Virus record (IMG/VR): IMGVR_UViG_3300021138_000004
Origin: a virus
Lineage: Duplodnaviria; Heunggongvirae; Uroviricota; Caudoviricetes
Strand: one strand, 5' to 3'
DNA: 64,000 bases
Each line of letters begins with the position of its first letter. Position 1 is the first letter of the stretch. Shown here in pieces: positions 59,270-64,000 of this stretch. A program made the translations under genes and the position numbers. Below the pieces are notes generated by a model. The model did not search any database, was not told the origin of the DNA, and saw only the letters and a program-made list of their open reading frames with translations.

Positions 59270-59600
59270 CTTCGCTCAGCCGGCGACGTTTGACTCTTCG
59301 CTCTAGACTCGCTCATCGCGCACTAGCCGACATCGGTAAGTGAGAAAAAAATTAGCGCGCAAAATTTTTACCACTGTGAATCTATTCTAGACCAAAGTTT
59401 TTAGAGGCCGACCTATAGTAGCCCAAAAAAATTAGCCGCGCAAAAATATAGAGATCCGGAGAACCGTACCCCTGGTGATTACATCTAACTGGGGTGGGTT
59501 TTTAGGGGTTTGAGAAATTTGAGAGAAATTTGAGAGAAGAAAAAATTGGCAAGCTAGCGCAGCAGCTAGCAGCAAACTAGCAAAAAAGCGCCTCCCCTGG
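59270..59600. other. Non-coding, strand-skewed region with short repeats at a point of convergent transcription
   Basis: AAAAAAATTAGC(C)GCGCAAAA twice; AAATTTGAGAG repeats; no credible ORF. Confidence 0.5.
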
Positions 59601-59843
59601 GGCACTGCAAACTTTTACAAAAAGCAAAAGTAGCGCAAATGTTGGGGCACTAGTGTAATAAAATTGCGTAAGCCCCAACACTGCAACGAGACCCATTGCG
59701 CAAACACGCTGTTTAACGCAACATTATTGCGTAATATAATTGCGCGCACAGCTAACATTATTACGTTTTGGGGCACTGTCCCATTGCACACGCTAGCCAA
59801 CTAGCGCAGCAGTGCTGTGCTAACTGTGTGTGCCCCTAGCGCG

Positions 59844-60032
59844 CTAGTTGTTGTAGTAGTGTTGCACAGTGTCCCAACGTGCTTTGCTGTCATTGCGCAG
59901 CAGCAGTGCAACGCATACGCAAAACATGCACAGCCCCACAACGTTAGCAGCTACAGCGTAGTAAACAGTAGCAGCACTTGTTTCTTCACAGCCCATAAGC
60001 ATAACGCTTATTACAAACAGTGCATACAACAT
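59844..60032 (-). CDS. Small membrane or lipoprotein-like protein (62 aa)
   Basis: AAGGAAAC RBS; promoter TTGCGC(60093-98)-17-TATACA; MLYALFVISVMLMGC plus a second hydrophobic segment. Confidence 0.55.
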   Translation of the reverse strand: MLYALFVISVMLMGCEETSAATVYYAVAANVVGLCMFCVCVALLLRNDSKARWDTVQHYYNN

Positions 60033-60127
60033 AGCAGTTTCCTTTAGCGCAGTGTGTTGCGTTACATTTTGTATAGCGCAGCTTTTGTAGTAGCGCAAGT
60101 GTTTTTTTGCTGACACGTAAAAAAATT

Positions 60128-60212
60128 GGGGCACTGCTGCGTGTGTGCGTGCGCGTAAATTGCGGGGCACTGCTGCGTGTGTGCGTGCGCGTAAATTGCG
60201 GGGCACTGCCCC
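60128..60212 (+). repeat. 36-bp tandem repeat (two full units plus a partial), each starting GGGGCACTGC
   Basis: Units at 60128, 60164 and 60200; no spacers. Confidence 0.9.
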
Positions 60213-60324
60213 AAAAAACACTTGCGCACGCTGCGCGTTTGTGCTACTGTTTAAGTTATTGCTGCTGTGTACGCACAGTGCTTGGCGAGCGGCTGTTGAC
60301 ATTAGCTGCAGGCCGTGCTAGTGT

Positions 60325-60357
60325 AAAAAATGGGCTGCACAGTTTATTATGCAGCCC
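60325..60357 (-). terminator. Terminator of the 60372-60557 gene
   Basis: GGGCTGCA...TGCAGCCC followed by ATTTTTT on the minus strand. Confidence 0.75.
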
Positions 60358-60371
60358 TAGGTTATGCACAG

Positions 60372-60557
60372 CTACGATGCAACTTCAAAACTTGCGTAAA
60401 CCTCGTAATCCAAATCTTGTTGGTTGCGGCGTGCGGTCCTCATTTGATTGAGTGCGCCCATGACCGCAAACTCTATTTGGTGTTTGAACTCTTCAAGGGT
60501 GCCAACAGCGCCGGCTATCTGTGCTTCATCTACAAGCACTTCAATCATCAGCTTCAT
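60372..60557 (-). CDS. Small early-type hypothetical protein (61 aa)
   Basis: TTGACA(60605-10)-17-TATATA, AGGAG RBS, own terminator. Confidence 0.75.
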   Translation of the reverse strand: MKLMIEVLVDEAQIAGAVGTLEEFKHQIEFAVMGALNQMRTARRNQQDLDYEVYASFEVAS

Positions 60558-60755
60558 GGCTTACTCCTGTTTGTTGAAACTTATATACTGCGCTTTTGTG
60601 CGTGTGTCAACTGGTTATTTTTGTGTTCCCTGAAAATCTGTTTGAGTCGTAGGCTCTGCTAGAAAACGCAGAATTACAGCAGACTAGTCTCTGTAACTCC
60701 CTAGATCTGTCTGTGACTCAGCCTCTGAGGTTCAGTGAAGGTTCAGGCGCAGGCT

Positions 60756-60940
60756 GGGGCATTGTTCCTGACCTAGTGTGAGGTTTCGCGATCTAACCTC
60801 GCAGAGTTAGACCTAAGAGTCGTAGGGATCTAATGTTGTGCTTGGGGCATTGTCCCTATAGCAGTGTGAGGTTTCGCGATCTAACCTCGCAGAGTTAGAC
60901 CTAAGAGTCAGGGAGTCTAATGTTGTGCTTGGGGACAAAT
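60756..60940 (+). repeat. ~88-bp tandem repeat (two copies) led by GGGGCATTGT
   Basis: AGTGTGAGGTTTCGCGATCTAACCTCGCAGAGTTAGACCTAAGAGTC identical at 60775 and 60863. Confidence 0.9.
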
Positions 60941-61182
60941 GTTCTGTGTTTAGAAACTCTGTTAGCGCCTTGACTGTATAGCGGGGTCTGTGTAGAATGT
61001 GCTTGACAGCCCCACGAAAATCTCATAGAACTATAACCACAGTGGGCCTTGCCGTGCGACCTCAAAAATAAAAAGCAAACACGCACAGCTTTAAAAGCAG
61101 CTTGTGCCTTGGGGCATCACAGACAAACTAACAATATAAGAATGCTTTTAGATCTCTGCATTCGTAGGGGCACAGACAGAGA

Positions 61183-61347
61183 CCAAAAAGCCCGACATCA
61201 CTGCCGGGCTTTTCTCAGTTCCATGGATCCTTTAGCGCGTAAATGTACGATGAACAAAGGAGCGCGCTAGCGATACGATCAGGACCGTTTGATGTTCCGC
61301 AGAAACTGGCAACACTGCGTCGGAAAACCCTCCTTTGCTTACTCATC
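61183..61347 (-). ncRNA. Candidate ~165-nt structured small RNA
   Basis: Promoter TTGACT-16-TAAAAC; long-range stem GATGA..GCAAAGGAG / CTCCTTTGTTCATC; GTGA-loop terminator plus U-tract. Confidence 0.5.
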
Positions 61348-61714
61348 TGTTTTAGCACTAGTAGAGCAGCAGTCAATGAAAAAATGCTGTGCAGCTAAAA
61401 TTATTTCTGCACGGTTTTGCGCTCTCTAAGACCTTGGGGCATTGCCCCATGACACGCGCTGCTGTATAACTTTACTACTGTGTGCTTTTATTTTTTTAGT
61501 CAGAAGGATGGTGTCTTGCTGATCACTGTTTTATGAGGTCTAGTGGGACTTGTCAAGCGTTTAGCTCAAAGTGCCCCAAGATTTTTATAGGTTGACGCAG
61601 GTCTTATTTCTTTGTATAAAGCGTCTAGTTGGACCTATAATTGTGACTCGTTGATCCTCTGCGAGTTTGCAGTTTAGCTTGGGGCACTGCCCCGCAAAAC
61701 GTGCATAAAAGCAA

Positions 61715-61734
61715 GCGCACTATTGCTAGTGCGC
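61715..61734 (-). terminator. GCAA-loop terminator of the 61749 gene
   Basis: GCGCACTA-GCAA-TAGTGCGC-TTGCTTTT. Confidence 0.75.
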
Positions 61735-61748
61735 CCGCCCCGTGCTAG

Positions 61749-62054
61749 TTACGCTTCCATGCTTGCAAAGCAGTCCTCTTGCATCCCTTGCTCCGTAAAG
61801 TCTACGTCATAGCCCAGCGCCCTGCTAATAGCAGCCGCAAAGCCTTTGTCTGTGTAAATTGTCCAGTCAGCGTTGTGCGTTACGTTTACGCTCTTGTAGC
61901 CATCTTCTTCGCGCACGCAAATGCCGCTAACCTGCACTTGCTTACCAGCAGTGTCTCCCCAAATGCTAGTGCCGTTGCACGCTGCAACAAAGTCGCAGTC
62001 GTAAACAGTTTCCGTAACGTCATCTTCCTGCGTTACGCTTGCAACAGTAATCAT
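61749..62054 (-). CDS. Early-type hypothetical protein (101 aa) with no TC on the coding strand
   Basis: AAGGAC RBS; promoter TTGCAG(62122-27)-17-TAAACA; start MITVAS. Confidence 0.75.
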   Translation of the reverse strand: MITVASVTQEDDVTETVYDCDFVAACNGTSIWGDTAGKQVQVSGICVREEDGYKSVNVTHNADWTIYTDKGFAAAISRALGYDVDFTEQGMQEDCFASMEA

Positions 62055-62290
62055 AGTAGCTGTCCTTTTTTGTGTAGCAGCTTCGTTGCTGCATGTGTTG
62101 TTTAGCGCAGCAGCGCGCAAGCTGCAAGCGAAAAATGAGCGATAGTTGGGGCACTGGCAAACAGAGGTTGCGCGTAAATGGCGGGGCACTGCCCCAAAAA
62201 ACACTTGCGCCCTCGCTGCCCGTGTGCTAGTGTATAAGTTATTGCTGAGCTAAGACTAGCACACTGGCGAAAGGTGGGCAGTGACTCTCG

Positions 62291-62500
62291 TCACCACTCC
62301 CCTACCATCCCGCGCTGGTAAACGACCTCTGCCTGAAGCGCAGCCACGGACTTGACCTCAGCGATCGCAGCTTTAAAGGTCTTGCAGTCCTTGATCAGGT
62401 CTGCGAGCTCAGAGTCTTCAAAGGTTTCGCAGATGATGTCCAGGTTGTCCTTGTCGTAGTTCTGCCAAATATAATCTTTGACCTGTTGAAGCAAAGTCAT
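62291..62500 (-). CDS. Early cassette gene (69 aa)
   Basis: TTGACA(62545-50)-17-TACAAA, AAGGAG RBS. Confidence 0.75.
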   Translation of the reverse strand: MTLLQQVKDYIWQNYDKDNLDIICETFEDSELADLIKDCKTFKAAIAEVKSVAALQAEVVYQRGMVGEW

Positions 62501-62621
62501 GTTGTGTCTCCTTGTGCAGTGTTTGTAGCGAACTAGAGAGCGTGTGTCAATGACTATTTTTGTTCCCAGTATAAGTTTCTTAGGTCGTAGATCTAGTCTG
62601 TGGGACACACTAGGATAAAAA

Positions 62622-62647
62622 CAAGCGAGCCATTGCTGACCCGCTTG
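62622..62647 (-). terminator. Shared cassette terminator, copy 1
   Basis: CAAGCGGGTCA-GCAA-TGGCTCGCTTG-TTTTT. Confidence 0.85.
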
Positions 62648-62654
62648 TTCTGTG

Positions 62655-62861
62655 TTAGTATTCGAGCTTTACGATATTGGCAATAGCTCGCGACTCCTGC
62701 ATCCCGGCACCTGCATCCTTGGCGCCGTCAAACGCGAGGACCCGCACATTGTCATAGAACTCGGCGCGCCCCTCCTCGGTGTCCTCGAGCGTGTCAGCAG
62801 TAATGCAATCGCCAATGTGACGATCTACGTTTTCGCGCGCTGACTGCATATACTTGTTCAT
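62655..62861 (-). CDS. Early cassette gene (68 aa)
   Basis: TTGACA(62912-17)-17-TATGTG, AAGGAG RBS. Confidence 0.75.
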   Translation of the reverse strand: MNKYMQSARENVDRHIGDCITADTLEDTEEGRAEFYDNVRVLAFDGAKDAGAGMQESRAIANIVKLEY

Positions 62862-62991
62862 TGCTGTTGCTCCTTGCTTGCTGCACTACACATAGTAGAT
62901 TGGCTGCAGAGTGTCAAGCGGAAAAGATCTTGCCCCACAAAGAGTTCTACGTGTGTGTATGTGTAGCAGCGGGGTCCTGCAAGACACAAAG

Positions 62992-63017
62992 CAAGCGAGC
63001 CATTGCTGACTCGCTTG
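62992..63017 (-). terminator. Shared cassette terminator, copy 2
   Basis: CAAGCGAGTCA-GCAA-TGGCTCGCTTG-CTTT. Confidence 0.85.
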
Positions 63018-63029
63018 CAGTGTGCTTAG

Positions 63030-63449
63030 TTAGGCAGCGCCAAAGAACGCATCGATCTCTGCGTCCGTAGCGTAGCGCACACCGTCGCCCAGTTCCTTCG
63101 GGTTCAAGTAGTAGCTGCTACCGTCGCCGAAGGCCGTGCTGCCATTGGCAGTATAGACTTCGGCATCGCCGTCGTGGTCGATGTTGCGGATCAGCAGAGT
63201 CTCGCCTGCTCGCACAACCATCGTGCCCTTCTTGTAAGGACCGACTTCATTGCTCTTGGTACAGTCGATGCCCGTGATTGCAGTGACCAGCGCGCGAACA
63301 CTGGAGTCCTGGCAACCCCAACGACCGGCATTGACTGCGGCGAGGATCTGCTGCTGTTCAGCCGTGAGCACCACGTCGTCGGTGTCAGCTTCGTTGTTGC
63401 GGCGCTTGGCCGTCTTGCGCTTGATCTTTGCGATATCGAAAAATGCCAT
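63030..63449 (-). CDS. Early cassette gene (139 aa)
   Basis: TTGACA(63499-504)-17-TATAAC, AAAGGAG RBS. Confidence 0.8.
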   Translation of the reverse strand: MAFFDIAKIKRKTAKRRNNEADTDDVVLTAEQQQILAAVNAGRWGCQDSSVRALVTAITGIDCTKSNEVGPYKKGTMVVRAGETLLIRNIDHDGDAEVYTANGSTAFGDGSSYYLNPKELGDGVRYATDAEIDAFFGAA

Positions 63450-63577
63450 TTGCTTGCTCCTTTGCCTGCATCCTTGTTATAGTGTGCAGTTGTAACCTTG
63501 TCAACGACTATTTTGTCACCCCACAGATTTGTCTGCAGATAACATTACAGTCCCGTGGGGCATTTAAAGACGCAAAA

Positions 63578-63603
63578 CAAGCGAGCCATTGCTGACTCGC
63601 TTG
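63578..63603 (-). terminator. Shared cassette terminator, copy 3
   Basis: CAAGCGAGTCA-GCAA-TGGCTCGCTTG-TTTT. Confidence 0.85.
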
Positions 63604-63611
63604 CTCTGTGC

Positions 63612-63887
63612 TTAGTTAGGGCGGCGTCCTTTACGCGCCTTTGGCTTAGGGCGCATAAATGCGCGATATGCTTGTGCGGCGCGATACAGTGACGACTCAC
63701 TGATGTTAATGCCGGCAGCGTTAGCAGTAGCTACGATGTGCGACATTTTATACATCGTTCCGTGATGAGCACATTTATACCGGATTACCTCACGTCCCAG
63801 CAAGATATCTTTTGAGAACGGAGTATAGTCTTCTCCGCGTTCGTATGCAGCGTGGTTGTTGTGAATTGCTTCGAGTAGCGCGAACAT
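63612..63887 (-). CDS. Early cassette gene (91 aa) with a basic C-terminus
   Basis: TTGACA(63937-42)-17-TACAAC, AAAGGAG RBS. Confidence 0.8.
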   Translation of the reverse strand: MFALLEAIHNNHAAYERGEDYTPFSKDILLGREVIRYKCAHHGTMYKMSHIVATANAAGINISESSLYRAAQAYRAFMRPKPKARKGRRPN

Positions 63888-64000
63888 TGTCTAACTCCTT
63901 TGTTTGCATCCTTGTTGTAGCGGACTGCCTAGACTCTGTCAACGACTATTTTAGTGTCTTTGCTAAATTGTTTGATGATCTCTGCATTGTCCCATTGGGG

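Noticed and set aside
59490-59512. G-quadruplex
   Set aside because: Only three G-tracts of three or more G (GGGG-T-GGG-TTTTTA-GGGG).
60128-60212. 36-bp repeats as a CRISPR mini-array
   Set aside because: Units abut directly with no spacers, and there are no cas genes in the window.
59844-60302. 152-aa ORF as listed, and the overlapping 60107, 59817 and 60330 ORFs
   Set aside because: The extensions translate promoter and tandem-repeat DNA; only 59844-60032 has an RBS and promoter.
60756-60940. 88-bp repeats as CRISPR repeat-spacer units
   Set aside because: The would-be spacers are also similar to each other, so this is a tandem duplication.
61049-61270. 73-aa plus-strand ORF after the 60970/61003 promoters
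   Set aside because: No RBS, GTG start, and it reads through a bidirectional terminator.
61749-62608. Long N-termini of the 62204 and 62608 ORFs
   Set aside because: They run through promoter elements; RBS-supported starts are at 62054 and 62500.
1-64000. Stop-codon reassignment as in some jumbo phages
   Set aside because: Conserved genes are uninterrupted in the standard code, and TAA, TGA and TAG all occur as gene ends.
1-64000. tRNA or rRNA genes
   Set aside because: No cloverleaf with T-loop/D-loop consensus was seen in any intergenic region by eye; tRNAscan-SE would confirm.

Overview
This 64 kb window comes from a large T4-like (contractile-tail) bacteriophage, with no host chromosomal genes. 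It has four parts. (1) 1-23.7 kb: a plus-strand block of virion and tail-fibre genes, including four giant repeat-rich fibres, followed by a cupin and a METTL20-like methyltransferase. (2) 23.7-40 kb: a replication/recombination module (YqgE/AlgH, gp41/DnaB helicase, primase, a 189-aa mini DnaE-like polymerase, UvsW, UvsY, UvsX, gp32), invaded by four free-standing homing endonucleases and one remnant. (3) 40-58 kb: packaging, neck and tail genes (TerL, probable TerS, gp4, gp19, gp18, gp13/14/15, dNMP kinase, NUDIX). (4) 58.2-64 kb: an unusual early-type region. It contains single-gene promoter-RBS-ORF-terminator cassettes sharing one terminator, many promoters with no ORF downstream, a dispersed GGGGCA(C/T)TGCCCC palindrome, a candidate structured ncRNA, and islands almost free of GA/TC dinucleotides, where even the -35 boxes lack GA. 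Other notable points are apparently leaderless late genes (TAAATA-N5-ATG), an A9 frameshift candidate and promoters embedded in homing-endonuclease codons. All family assignments come from motif recognition by eye, and all counts are manual; no database search was run.
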